A stretch of 64,000 bases of DNA, from NCBI GenBank assembly GCA_963810095.1, contig CAWEMM010000001.1, forward strand, positions 114,006 to 178,005, in the 5' to 3' direction. Of this stretch, positions 20,079-31,084 are shown piece by piece; the stretch's first letter is position 1, and the number at the start of each line of letters is the position of its first letter. The position numbers and the translations under genes are program-made. The notes below the pieces were generated by a model, which worked only from the letters and a program-made list of their open reading frames with translations, searched no databases and had not been told where the DNA came from. This DNA comes from an uncultured Chloroflexia bacterium (GTDB taxonomy: Bacteria > Chloroflexota > Anaerolineae > CG2-30-64-16).

Positions 20079-21651
20079 TCACTTGGCGCCTTCCAGCGCA
20101 GCCGGGCCTGCGACCAGGGCAGCGGCTGCTTCCGGCGTGCCGCTCCTGACGCCCGCCATCATCAAGCCAATCTGCTCGACATCGACGTCGGACCCCGACA
20201 CAATACCCATGATCTCGCCCTCGTACATGACCGCAATCCGGTCGGACAAGCCGAAGATTTCCTCGAGTTCGGTCGAGATCAGCAGGATCGCACAGCCGCG
20301 GCTGCGCAGCTCGAGCATCCGCTGGTGCACGTACTCCGTGGCGCCGACGTCAAGCCCGCGCGTCGGCTGCACGGCCACGAACAGCTTCGGGTCGCGGCTC
20401 ATTTCGCGCGCCAGGACCACCTTTTGCTGGTTCCCGCCCGATAGCTTCTTGGCCGCCAACTTCGCGCTCGGCGTGCGGACGTCGAAGGACTTCAGCAGCT
20501 CCTGGGCCTGATTTGCAATGTATCTGAGGTCCAGAAAGCCCCGCTTGGAGAACGGCGGGCGGTAATACGTCCCGATAATCAAGTTCTCCGTCAGGGAAAA
20601 ATCCATCACCAGGCCGGTTCGCTGCCGGTCCTCGGGGATGTGCGCCACTTGCATTTCGAAAAGGTCGCGCGGGCTGGGCATTCGTGGCATCGACCCCGTC
20701 CACTTTGAACGTGCCGCCGGTGGCCTTGCGCAGCCCGGTAATGACCTCGGCAAGCTGGCTCTGCCCGTTGCCGTCCACGCCCGCGACGCCCAGGATCTCG
20801 CCCGCGCACACGTCAAAACTGACGCCCTTGAGTGCGGGCAGCTCCCGATTATTGAGCGCGTGCAGGTCGTTCACCTGCAAAATCGGCCGGCCCGCATCAA
20901 GGGGGGGCTTGTCCAGCCGCTCCACGACGTCGCGGCCCACCATCATGCGCGCGAGCTGCCGGCGGCTGGTGTCGGCCGTCCGCACGGTGTCGATGACCAT
21001 GCCGTCGCGCAGGATGGTGACCCGGTCGGTTGCGGCCATGACCTCTTCAAGCTTGTGCGTGATGAAAATGATGGACAGCCCTTTGGCCGTCATGCTGCGC
21101 AGAACGTCGAACAGGTCCTTGACCTCGCCCGGCGTCAGCACGGCGGTAGGCTCGTCCAGAATCAGCAGCTCGGCCCGGCGATAGAGCGCCTTGATGATTT
21201 CTACCCGCTGCTGGACGCCGACGGGAAGCTGCCAGACATACGCCTTGGGATCGATGGGCAGGCCGTAGGTCTCGCCCAGTTCCAGGATTTTCGCCTCTGC
21301 GTTGGCCGCGTCGATGAGCGGCGCGCGCGGCTGCTCGAGCCCGAGCACCACGTTCTCCGTGACGGTGAAGGGCGGCACCAGCATAAAGTGCTGATGCACC
21401 ATGCCGATCCCCAGGGCGATGGCATCCCGGCTGGAGTGGATATCCACTTCCTGCCCCTTCCAGACGATCTTCCCACCGTCGGGACGGTAGATGCCATAGA
21501 GCACGTTCATCAGGGTCGTCTTGCCCGCGCCATTCTCGCCCAGCAGCGCGTGGATCTCCCCGCGCTCGATCTCCAGGTTCACCTGGTCGTTGGCGACGAC
21601 GCCCGGAAACGTTTTGCGGATATTCTCCATCCGGAGCAAGGGATCAGCCAT
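20079..21651 (-). CDS. CUT2-type ABC transporter ATP-binding protein, two NBDs (frameshift near 20680)
   Basis: GENGAGKTT, LDEPTAVL; second half HIPEDR, LSGGNQQK and QPTRGLDVG in ORF 20079..20816. Confidence 0.92.
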
Positions 21652-21673
21652 GGTGTTCTCCCGCTTTTGATTT

Positions 21674-21718
21674 CTTCTCGTGTGCTGCTGCCCGCAGTGG
21701 GCAGCAGCACGCGAGAAG
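21674..21718 (-). terminator. Stem-loop after the solute-binding-protein gene (mRNA stabiliser or partial terminator)
   Basis: CTTCTCGTGTGCTGCTGCCC-GCAGT-GGGCAGCAGCACGCGAGAAG; no clear U-tract. Confidence 0.55.
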
Positions 21719-21729
21719 GTTTCCAGCGT

Positions 21730-22890
21730 CTAGAGGTCCGTGCGGACTTCGAGGGTTGGCAGCGACGTGGGATCCGCCAGGTACTTCTGGAGGGTCTCAG
21801 TCACCTTCTTCTCGACCTCGGCCGGAACCAGACCGTAGAACGGCTCCAGGCCTACCGAGTTTTCCTTGAGGCCGATGGCGAAGTGGCCGCCCGGCTGGCC
21901 CGCGGCGATCTTCTGGACGACGTACTCCATGTTGCGGACGATGTCTTCCTTCCAGCCGCCGATGACGATCTCGGGCGCCAGGTAGTTCTTATCCTTGACC
22001 CAGGAGATCACGCGAAGGTTCTTGTTGCCCTTCTCGTACGCTTCCTTGGCCGCTTCGACGGTGCCCAGGTCGCCCGCGTCCGCCTCGAGGATCAGCACGT
22101 CCACGCCGCTCTCGATGTCAGCCGCGGCCAGTTCCTTGGCCTTCGCGGGATCGGCCCAGCTGCCGACGTAGGATTCGATCACTTCGACCTTGTCCTGGCC
22201 CATGTCCTTGCAGGCCTGGCGCGTCATCTTGATGTGATGGTCGAGGAGCGGGAACTGCGTGCCGGCGACGTACGCGACCTTGCCCGTCTTGGTGATGGAG
22301 CAAGCGATCATGCCGACGAAGTAGCCACCCTCACCCGCGGAGTTGGTGACGGTGTAGAGGTTGGGGACATTCGCGGCGCCGCCGTTTGTCTGCATGAACT
22401 TGGTGTTCGGGAATTCCTTCGCAACCTTCTCGATCGCTTCGGCCCACTCGAAACCATGGCCGAAGACGATATCGAAGCCGGCCTTAGCGTAATCGCGGAA
22501 GACCTGCTCCGCATCCGCGGCGGTGACGTTCTCGGTGTAGGCAATGTCCATGCCGTACTTGTCGCGCAGGTAGACCAGGCCCTTGTAGGCCGAGGTGGTC
22601 CAGCCGGCGTCATTCACGGGGCCGGAGAAAACGGCCGCGATCTTCTTGCCCTTCATGGCAGCCATGACGTCGGGCGCGGGCGTGGCCTCGACAACCTTCT
22701 CCACGACCTGGGTCTCGACGACCTTGACTTCCTTCTGGACTTCGACGACCTGGGTCTGGATGACCGGGACCTCTTCCTTGACGACCTGCGTCACGACTTT
22801 CTCGACGACCTGAGGCGCGGGCGCCGCACAGGCGCTCAGCATCAAGAGAACGACGGCCAACAGGCCGAACACGGTGTAGCGAGCCTTCAT
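21730..22890 (-). CDS. BMP-family ABC substrate-binding lipoprotein (purine nucleoside type)
   Basis: Lipobox LSAC, V/E/K/T-rich linker, GPVNDAGW, GHGFEW, GSWADPAKAKE; GAGGAG RBS. Confidence 0.9.
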   Translation of the reverse strand: MKARYTVFGLLAVVLLMLSACAAPAPQVVEKVVTQVVKEEVPVIQTQVVEVQKEVKVVETQVVEKVVEATPAPDVMAAMKGKKIAAVFSGPVNDAGWTTSAYKGLVYLRDKYGMDIAYTENVTAADAEQVFRDYAKAGFDIVFGHGFEWAEAIEKVAKEFPNTKFMQTNGGAANVPNLYTVTNSAGEGGYFVGMIACSITKTGKVAYVAGTQFPLLDHHIKMTRQACKDMGQDKVEVIESYVGSWADPAKAKELAAADIESGVDVLILEADAGDLGTVEAAKEAYEKGNKNLRVISWVKDKNYLAPEIVIGGWKEDIVRNMEYVVQKIAAGQPGGHFAIGLKENSVGLEPFYGLVPAEVEKKVTETLQKYLADPTSLPTLEVRTDL

Positions 22891-23061
22891 TTGCTTCTCC
22901 TCTGTGTGTGGATAGATCGTAGACTGTGACTTAACTGGCGGATGGTGTGCGAACGGAGAGGGTGCGCGATCGATAGTCACCTCCCTTCGAAGAGAACGGT
23001 GGACTTAGGAGATTCGCCCGTCCTGCCGGGCCTGTTGGTCAGAAGCAATAGAACGATTGCT

Positions 23062-23090
23062 AGAATACCCCCTTGATTGCTGCTTGTCAA
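23062..23090 (-). promoter_or_regulatory. Sigma70-like promoter of the BMP ABC operon
   Basis: Minus strand TTGACA-17 nt-TATTCT. Confidence 0.65.
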
Positions 23091-23136
23091 GTAGCAGTGT
23101 ACAAAAGAACGAAATGTTCCACGCTGCGGCTTCGAC

Positions 23137-25926
23137 TTAGGCAGGCTCCGCGGCCGGCATCTCGGCCAGCGCGGCCAGAATCTTGGCCCGGGTCGCGGGC
23201 AGGGCAGTGATCCGGACGCCGATCGCATCGTAGATGGCGTTGGTGATGGCCGGCGCGACGTTGACCGTAGGTGCTTCCGAAAAGCCCTTTGCGCCGTACG
23301 GTCCGTCCGAGCACGGGATTTCCAGCACGACGGACACGACTTCGGGCGCCTGGTCCGCGGTCGGAATGCGGCACTTGTAGAGCGAATCGGTTAGGTTGAT
23401 GCCATTCTGGACGACAAAATCTTCCGAGAGTGCATAGCCCATCATCATGGCCACCGCGCCGTGAATCTGCCCCTCGATGGCCTTCGGGTTCAGCGCCTTG
23501 CCGACGTCGTACACGGCAATGTGCTTGAGAAGCCGAACGTCGCCCGTGCGTGTGTCAACCTCCACGATCGACACTGCCGTGCCAAAATCGTAGAGCCAGT
23601 TCGTCCGCCGCGACTCGAAATCCGGCGCGCCCCACCGGCTTTCGATATACAGGGGCTGAGGGTCGGTACTGGGCGTGTGGTAGCGAGCTTCGACGGCAAA
23701 CCGCTCGCCCAGTGCGGAGAGGGGCAGCGCTCGCCCGGTGCTTCTGTCGATCAGCCGCTCGTCGACCAGCCGGATGTCGTCCGGATCGGACCCCAACGCA
23801 TCGGCCGCCCGGTAGCAGAGTTGCTCACGGAGGTCGCGCGCGGCGCTGATGACTGCGTTGCCCATGATGAACGTCTGGCGGCTGCCCCCGGTGGGTCCGG
23901 CGCCGGGGCTGAGCTTCGTGTCGGGCAGGATAACTTCGATGCGATCGAGCGGCAGATCGAGCTCCTGCTGTACCAGCCCGGCCAGCACCGGGTTCGCCCC
24001 TTGCCCCATGTCGCAATACCCGGTCAGAACCTTGACGTAGCCCTGCGCGTTCATCTCGACGATGGCGCCTGCGCTCTCCGGGACATTCTTGCCGACGCCG
24101 ACGGTCTTCTGCATGCAGGCGACGCCCACGCCGATCCGCTTGCCCTCGCGCGGCTCCGGCACCACCGTCCGGCGAAGTTCCTCCTGCGCGGCACGGATCG
24201 TCTCTTTGATGGTGACGATGCCGGGCTCCTGGACGTGATCGACGACGTTGGGCAGGCCCACGTCCAGCGCGTTGAGGTAGCGGAACTCGAGGGGGTCCAT
24301 GTGCAGCTGGCGCGCCAGTTCGTCGAGCGCCGACTCGACCGCGAACGCAATCTTCGGCGCGCCGAAGCCGCGCATCGCACCGCCGATGACGTTGTTCGTG
24401 TACCAGACCTGCGCATGCAGGTCGAGGTTGGGGATAAAATAGGGGCCGGTGTTGGTGACGCAGCCCGACACAAGCACCGCCGCGCTGGAGGATGCGTACG
24501 CGCCGCCATCCAGTTGCACCTCGTCCTGCAGCGCGAGGATGCGGCCCGCCGCGTCGGCCCCGACCTTCAGGTGAATCCAGGACGCATGGCGCTTGCTGTG
24601 AACGATCAGCGACTCCTGCCGCGTCAGCGTGATCTTGACCGTGCGGCCCGTCCTCAGCGCGCCGAGCGCCAGAAAACGCTCGATCGCCACGTCCGTTTTG
24701 CCGCCGAAAGCGCCGCCCGCGGGAAGCTGCACCACCCGCACCTTTTCAACGGGCAGGTCAAGGATCGCGGCCAGTTCGCGGCGGGCATCCCAGGCCGCCT
24801 GGCACGCGATCCTGACCGTGATGCCGCCGTCTGGGTCTGGAATCCCCAGGCCCGATTCCGGCTCGATGAAGGCATGCTCGACGAAGGGCGTCGTGTAGTC
24901 GCGCTCGACGACGGCGGCGCAGGCAGCGAAGGCCTGCTCCACGTCTCCGCGCTTGACCTTCATCTCCTTGAGGAGGTTGCCGCCGGCGTGCACCTTGGGC
25001 GCGCTCGGAGCCGCGGCCTCGGCCGGCGAGTAGACGCCGGGCAGCACCCGGTACTCGACCCGGACCAGGTCGCGGGCATGTTCGGCGGCTTGCAGCGTCT
25101 CCGCAAAGACGACGGCGATCGCATCGCCAATATAACGCACGCGGTCGGTGGCGAACACCGGCTGATCGGCCACCACCAGGCCGAACACGTTGCGGCCCGG
25201 AACGTCGCGGGCCGTCAGGATGGTCACGACTCCGGGCACAAGCTCCGCATCCGACGTGTCGATGCTCAGGATTTCGGCACTCGGATGGTCTGCCCACCGA
25301 ATCTTGCCGTGGAGGAACTCGGCCGAGTAAATGTCGTCGGCGTATTGCGTCCGACCCGTCACCGCCTTCACTGCGTCCCGGCGAAGCACCGTGGCGTTGG
25401 CCGTCTCTGCGCCCGCAGGCATCGCAGTGCCGGCGCGCACGTACGGCGCGGCGTCCCGGATGGCCTTAAGGATGTTGATATATCCGGTGCAGCGGCACAG
25501 GTTGCGATTGGTGGTGAGGGTCTTGCGAATTTCCTGTTCCGTGGGATCCGGCTTGCCGGCGAGGAGGGCTTGCGCGGACATGATCATCCCGGGCGTGCAG
25601 AAGCCGCATTGCACGGCGTTGTTGGCGATGAAGGACTCCTGGAGCGGGTGGAGGTTGTCGTCTTGGCCCAATCCCTCAATCGTCAGCACACTCGCGCCGG
25701 CCAGTTTGCCCATCTTGAGCAGGCAGGCACGCTGAGCCTTGCCGTTGACGATGACCGTGCAGGCGCCGCAATGCCCCTCGGAACAGCCGTCTTTGGTTCC
25801 CATGAGGTGGAGGTAATCGCGGAGGAAACGCAGCAGCGTCAGCGCGGCGGGCACAGCAGCCGAAACGGCCGTACCGTTCACGAACAGATCGACCATCTGC
25901 AGGACGGGTTGCGGTTCGTCGGGCAT
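23137..25926 (-). CDS. Xanthine dehydrogenase/aldehyde oxidoreductase family protein with fused 2x[2Fe-2S] and molybdopterin domains
   Basis: GCSEGHCGAC..RAC, QCGFCTPG..CRCTGY, GGAFGGK, AMRGFG, GQIHG, AKGFSE (catalytic Glu); no FAD domain. Confidence 0.92.
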   Translation of the reverse strand: MPDEPQPVLQMVDLFVNGTAVSAAVPAALTLLRFLRDYLHLMGTKDGCSEGHCGACTVIVNGKAQRACLLKMGKLAGASVLTIEGLGQDDNLHPLQESFIANNAVQCGFCTPGMIMSAQALLAGKPDPTEQEIRKTLTTNRNLCRCTGYINILKAIRDAAPYVRAGTAMPAGAETANATVLRRDAVKAVTGRTQYADDIYSAEFLHGKIRWADHPSAEILSIDTSDAELVPGVVTILTARDVPGRNVFGLVVADQPVFATDRVRYIGDAIAVVFAETLQAAEHARDLVRVEYRVLPGVYSPAEAAAPSAPKVHAGGNLLKEMKVKRGDVEQAFAACAAVVERDYTTPFVEHAFIEPESGLGIPDPDGGITVRIACQAAWDARRELAAILDLPVEKVRVVQLPAGGAFGGKTDVAIERFLALGALRTGRTVKITLTRQESLIVHSKRHASWIHLKVGADAAGRILALQDEVQLDGGAYASSSAAVLVSGCVTNTGPYFIPNLDLHAQVWYTNNVIGGAMRGFGAPKIAFAVESALDELARQLHMDPLEFRYLNALDVGLPNVVDHVQEPGIVTIKETIRAAQEELRRTVVPEPREGKRIGVGVACMQKTVGVGKNVPESAGAIVEMNAQGYVKVLTGYCDMGQGANPVLAGLVQQELDLPLDRIEVILPDTKLSPGAGPTGGSRQTFIMGNAVISAARDLREQLCYRAADALGSDPDDIRLVDERLIDRSTGRALPLSALGERFAVEARYHTPSTDPQPLYIESRWGAPDFESRRTNWLYDFGTAVSIVEVDTRTGDVRLLKHIAVYDVGKALNPKAIEGQIHGAVAMMMGYALSEDFVVQNGINLTDSLYKCRIPTADQAPEVVSVVLEIPCSDGPYGAKGFSEAPTVNVAPAITNAIYDAIGVRITALPATRAKILAALAEMPAAEPA

Positions 25927-26046
25927 CCTTGTCCACCTCCGGCGAGGGCCTCGGTTCACCGGTCAACCAGCTGTTGATCCGTAAGGTCGTTGCTTGGCAG
26001 CAGAAAAGAGAGCAGGAGCTTGGTCCTCAGAGGACTGACAACGGCG

Positions 26047-26075
26047 ATAATAACGGATTTCACACTCCCTGTCAA
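26047..26075 (-). promoter_or_regulatory. Sigma70-like promoter of the molybdenum hydroxylase gene
   Basis: Minus strand TTGACA-17 nt-TATTAT. Confidence 0.6.
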
Positions 26076-26187
26076 TACCCAATTTACAAAACCGGAGCAA
26101 TGTCATTGTGTACATTACGGAGCTGTGGCATACTGAGTACCTGGCGGCCGTCGAGCGCCACCGCATCCGGTCAACACGGACAACGTC

Positions 26188-27365
26188 ATGGGCGACATCT
26201 TTCGAGACAACAGGCGCCTGTTTGTCTTCATCATCCTCTCCAACTTCCTGCTGAACTTCGGCTTCCAGGTCTGGCAAACGCTTTTCAACAATTACGCGGT
26301 CGACCAGCTTGGCATGGGCCCCGCGCAAATCGGCGTCATCCAGGCCGTGCGCGAAATCCCCGGGCTGCTGGGGTTCGCCATCGCGTTTCTCGCCCTGTTC
26401 ATCACCGAGTTTCGCATCATGACGCTGAGCGTCATCGTGCTCGGCATCGGGGTCGCGCTGACAGGCAAGGCCACGGGCTTCTCATCACTGATGATTACCA
26501 CCTTCGTGATGAGCCTGGGGTTTCATTTCTTCATGCCGAGCAGCAATTCGATTGTGCTGATGCTGATGAAGCAGGAGGACACGCCGAAGACGCTGGGCAA
26601 CCTGGGCAGCCTCGGCTCGCTGGCATCCGTGGCCGGCACCGGCGCAGTCCTGCTCTTCGCCGGCGCGCTGGGCTACGCCAACATGTTCATCTCGGTGGGC
26701 ATCCTGGTCGTCCTTGCCGGGCTGCTGCTTCTGCCCTTCGGCAACATCCGGAGCAACCTTCCTAAAGGGCGCAAGGCTCAGTGGCGCAAGCGGTATTGGC
26801 TCTACTACACGCTGTCGTTCCTGCTGGGCAGCCGGCGCCACATCTTCACCACCTTTGCGGTCCTGCTGCTCGTGCAGAAGTTCGGGGTCAGCGTGCAGAC
26901 CACCGCGCTGCTCTTCCTGGTAAACGGCATCATCAACGTGATCACACTGCGCTGGACGGGCCGGTTGGTTGGCGTCCTCGGCGAACGGCGGCCATGACGA
27001 TCACCTTTGCGTCCCTGGCATTGATCTTCCTCGGCTACGCTTATGTCAATTTCTTGCCTATGCTCTTCATCTTCTTCATCCTCGACAACATCTTCTTCGG
27101 CTTCAACGTCTCGCTGTCGAGCTACTTCCAGAAGATCGCGGTGTCAAAGGAAGAGGTGACGGCGAACGTCTCCACCCAGCAGTCGATCGAGCACATTGCA
27201 GCGATCACCGTGCCGCTCGTCGGGGGCACCGTTTGGGCCATCTACGGCAGTCAGGCGCCGTTCCTCTTCGGCGTGGTGATCGTGCTCATGGGGCTGGTGC
27301 TCGCGCAGTTCATGAACGTGAGGCCTGCGGCGGGAGCGCTGTCCGCGGCGCCCGTGCCCGAGTAA
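26188..27365 (+). CDS. MFS transporter (frameshift near 26990)
   Basis: About 12 TM segments across ORFs 26188..26997 and 26781..27365; REIPG and YWLYY..SFL.GSRRHIF motifs. Confidence 0.85.
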
Positions 27366-27483
27366 CCCCTGCCGGTTTGGCCGACCGAGGCGCTTTGCCG
27401 GGCACCGGTCGGTGCCGAATTGATCGAAGCCGCCCTGGTGCTAGAATCTCAGGCAGAAATCGATACAAAGGAGTGTCAAGGTC

Positions 27484-30400
27484 ATGCCCGAACAGGAGTA
27501 TTGGGATCGTTATCTGGGCGCCGATCTCGGCGTCGTCGATCCCGACATCGACGCAATTATCGACTTCGAGGAAGAGCGCCAGGCGCGCAAGCTCATCATG
27601 ATCCCCTCCGAGTCGATGGCCCCGCTAGCAGTCCGCCAGGCCCTCGGTTCCGTCTTCAACAACGTCTACGCCGAAGGCTACCCGCCCCTCCGCATGACAC
27701 GCGACGACGAAGACCTGCTGCTCGACTATCCCCACCAACTCGCCTATTACCGCCGCTACGCAGATCGCCGCTTCTATAAGGGCGTGGACTACGTCCACTT
27801 CGTGGAGACCCTGGCCCAGCGCCGGGCCGCGCTGATCTTCGCAAACGAGCGCGTGTCGGACAAGAACATCTACGTGAACGTCCAACCGCTTTCGGGCGCG
27901 GCCGCGAACCTGGCCGTGTACGATACGTTCCTGCAGACCGGCGACACGGTCATGGGCATGGACCTGTTTCAGGGCGGGCACCTGACCCACGGCAGCGAGT
28001 TTAACTTCTCGGGAAAGCGCTTCAAGGTCGCGTCGTATGGCGTGAGCAAGTCGACCGGCAAGCTCGACTACGACGAGATCCGCGAGCTGGCGCGGCAGCA
28101 CCGCCCCAAGATGATCATAGCGGGCTTCACGTCCTACACGTGGGCGCCAGACTGGCAGCTTTTCGCGGAGATCGCACACGAAGTGGGCGCGGTGCTGCTG
28201 GCGGATATCAGCCACCCGGCAGGCATGGCGACTGCAGGCGCATACCCAAACCCCATCGGCATCGCCGACGTGGTCACATGCACGACACACAAGACGCTGT
28301 GCGGCCCGCGTGGCGCGATCATCATGACAACTGACGAAGACCTGGCCAAGCGCATCGACATGGCGGTATTCCCCGGCGAGCAGGGTGGCCCGCACACGCA
28401 GAAGTTCGCGGCCATGGCCGTCGCATTCAAGATTGCGGGCACGACCGAGTACAAACGCATGATGCACGGGATCAAGGAGAACGCCGCGGCGTTGGCGGAT
28501 GGCCTGATCCGGCGCGGGCTGAAGCTGGCGTATGGCGGCACGGACACCCATTTCTGCATGCTGGACCTCAACAGCGTCAAGGCGAAAACGGGCTTTCCCC
28601 TGCGCGGCGAGCCCGCGGTCCGCATCCTGGACCTGGCGGGCATCGTGGCAAACAAGAACACCATCCCCGGCGACTCGCTCACCGCGCTGGCCATGGGCAT
28701 TCGCCTGGGTACGCCCTGGCTCACCCAACGTGGATTCGGGCCGGCCGAGATCGACCAGGTCGCGGAGCTGATCCACCGCACGGTGACGAGCATCCAGCCG
28801 TTCAGTTATACGGGCCTGTCGGGCGAGCTGCCCCGCGGGAAGATCGACCTGGACGTGTTCGAGGGGATCAAGCGCGAGGTGGCGGAACTGGCGGAGAGCG
28901 GCGCGGCGGAAACCTCCAGCCGGGGCTCCCAGTATCCCCACTATTACATGCTGCCCCCGGCGCCGGCTCAGACGGAGGCAGCCGAGGGCGGAACGCCGGA
29001 CCCGGTCGAACTGCAAGCGGCCCAGGCAGGCGCCGCCCTCCTCGACGTGCGCGCCTGCGGGCTGCTGCTCGTGTCAGGCGACCGGGCCGAGGCCGGGCTG
29101 AACCAGATCGTGACGGCCGACGTGCCCTGCCTGAAGCCGGGCCAGACCGTTCCCACGTTCATCCTGGACGCGGACGGGGCCGTGATGGACGACGTCTTCG
29201 TCATGCGCCTGCCCGCCGACGAATACGGGCGGCATCGCTTCATCCTGCGCACCCAGCCGGAAAACCACGAGCGCGTGAAGGCGTGGCTGCGGGGCCTGGG
29301 CGACGGATACATGCTGTTCGACCGGCACGACGTGTTCCGCAAGGTCGAGGGGCCGCTGGTGGTCGAAGACCTGCGGTACGAGAGCGCCGCCAAGGGCGGC
29401 GAGGGGAAGTACGTCGCGCTGGCGCTGCACGGTCCCAAGTCGCAGGAGATTGCGTCGAAGGCGCTGCCGGGAGCCGAGGGGGCTGGCGAAGGCGATGCGC
29501 TCCCGTCCGTCCTCGCATTTGCGCTTGGACCCGGGCATGTCGAGTTCGTGATAGCAGGGGACGGCGGCGATGCGATCGCGCGGCTCGCGGCCGCGGGTGC
29601 GACGCAGGCCGGGCCGGCCGCGCTTAGAGCGTTCCGCCAGGGATCGGGGCTTCCTGACTACGCGAAGGAGCGTCCGACGGGTGCAGAGGTATTGAGCCGG
29701 ACGCAGCCAATCCGCTTTGAGCTGTGCAAGCCATACATGGTGGGGCAGCAGGTTTTTGCAGGAGTCGGCGCGCGAAATGCCTCGCCGGCGCCCGCCTTCG
29801 AATGGCAGGAACCGGAAGGCGCGCCGCTCAAGCGCACCGCGCTGTACGAGTGGCACAAGGCACACACCCGGCACATCGTCCCGTTCGCGGGCTGGGAGAT
29901 GCCCGTGTGGTACACGGGCGTGCTCGACGAACACAACGCCGTGCGTAAAGCCGCCGGACTGTTCGACGTCTCGCACATGGGCGTCTTCGAGGCCACGGGC
30001 CCCCACGCCGAAGAGTTCCTCGACCTCGTGCTCAGCAACTACGTCCGCTGGTATGCGCCGGGCGAGAGCTTCTACTCCTACCTGCTCGACCAGGACGGCA
30101 ACGTCATCGACGATCTGCTGGTCTATCGCCGGGCGAAGGACAACTTCCAGATCGTCGTCAATGCGTCGAACGCGGACAAGGACTGGGCCTGGATCAACGC
30201 GGTCAACCGCGGCGAAGTCCTGCTCGATCGCAACCGGCCGGAACTGCGCGTGCTGCGGCCCGCCACCCTGCGCAACCTCAAGGACCCGTCGAGCGGGCCG
30301 GACAGGCGCGTCGATCTGGCGCTCCAGGGCCCTGCGTCGATGCGCATCCTGCAGAGCATGACGGAGGACCCCCGGCTGCAGGAGCGCATCGGCCGGCTCC

Positions 30401-31078
30401 CCCGTACCGGAGTGGACCACTGGCGGCTCGCGGGCTACGACCTGGTGGTGGCGCGCACGGGCTACACCGGGGAGGATGTAGGCTACGAGATTTTCGTCCA
30501 TCCGGATCGCGCCGTGGCCTTCTGGGAGGCGCTGCTCGAGGCGGGCAAGCCGTTCGGTCTGCAACCCACGGGCCTTGCCGCCCGCGACAGCACCCGCACC
30601 GAGGCAGGTCTGCCCCTCTACGGGCATGAGCTGGCGGGGCCGTTCAACATCTCGCCCGCGGGCGCGCGCTTCGCCGCTTACGTCAAGCTCCACAAGCCCT
30701 ACTTCGTGGGCCGGGATGCCTACCTCGCAAAGGAACGGGAACGGACGATGGAGGTGGCGCGCTTCCGCATGAACGACAAGGGCGTGCGCATGCCGAAGAC
30801 GGGCGATCCTGTGGTGAACAAGAAGGGCCAGGCGCTGGGCTGGGTGACGAGCGCGGCGGTGGACGTGGACGGGGTCATCTTGGGCCTCGCGTACATCCAG
30901 AGCCGGTATGCGAAGCCGGGCGAGGAAATCGGCATCTTCAACCTGCCGCAGAAGCCGCTGGTCGAGAAGGGCAACAAGGCCGAGCTGGCGCCGGGGGACA
31001 AGATCGCGCCTGTCCGACAGCGCGGTGCTGCTCCCCCGCTTCCCCGGCAAGGCCGAACGGGCCCACTGGCGGGGATAG
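27484..31078 (+). CDS. glyA-gcvT: Fusion protein: serine hydroxymethyltransferase (GlyA) + degenerate GcvT-like domain + aminomethyltransferase GcvT
   Basis: SHMT motifs YAEGYP, NVQPLSG, GGHLTHG, ADISH, TTHKTLCGPRG (PLP Lys270), NKNTIP, GIRLGTP. GcvT motifs RTALY..H, FAGWEMPV.Y, FDVSHMG, ARTGYTGE..YE, ARDS.RTEAG.PLYG.E. One continuous frame; a likely indel near 31010 puts the true stop at 31076-78 (ORF track ends 31182). Confidence 0.92.
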
Positions 31079-31084
31079 ACGCTA

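Noticed and set aside
20638-22929. 763-aa plus-strand ORF
   Set aside because: Antisense shadow of the ABC ATPase and BMP genes.
23461-25977. 838-aa plus-strand ORF
   Set aside because: Antisense shadow of the molybdenum hydroxylase, as expected in high-GC DNA.
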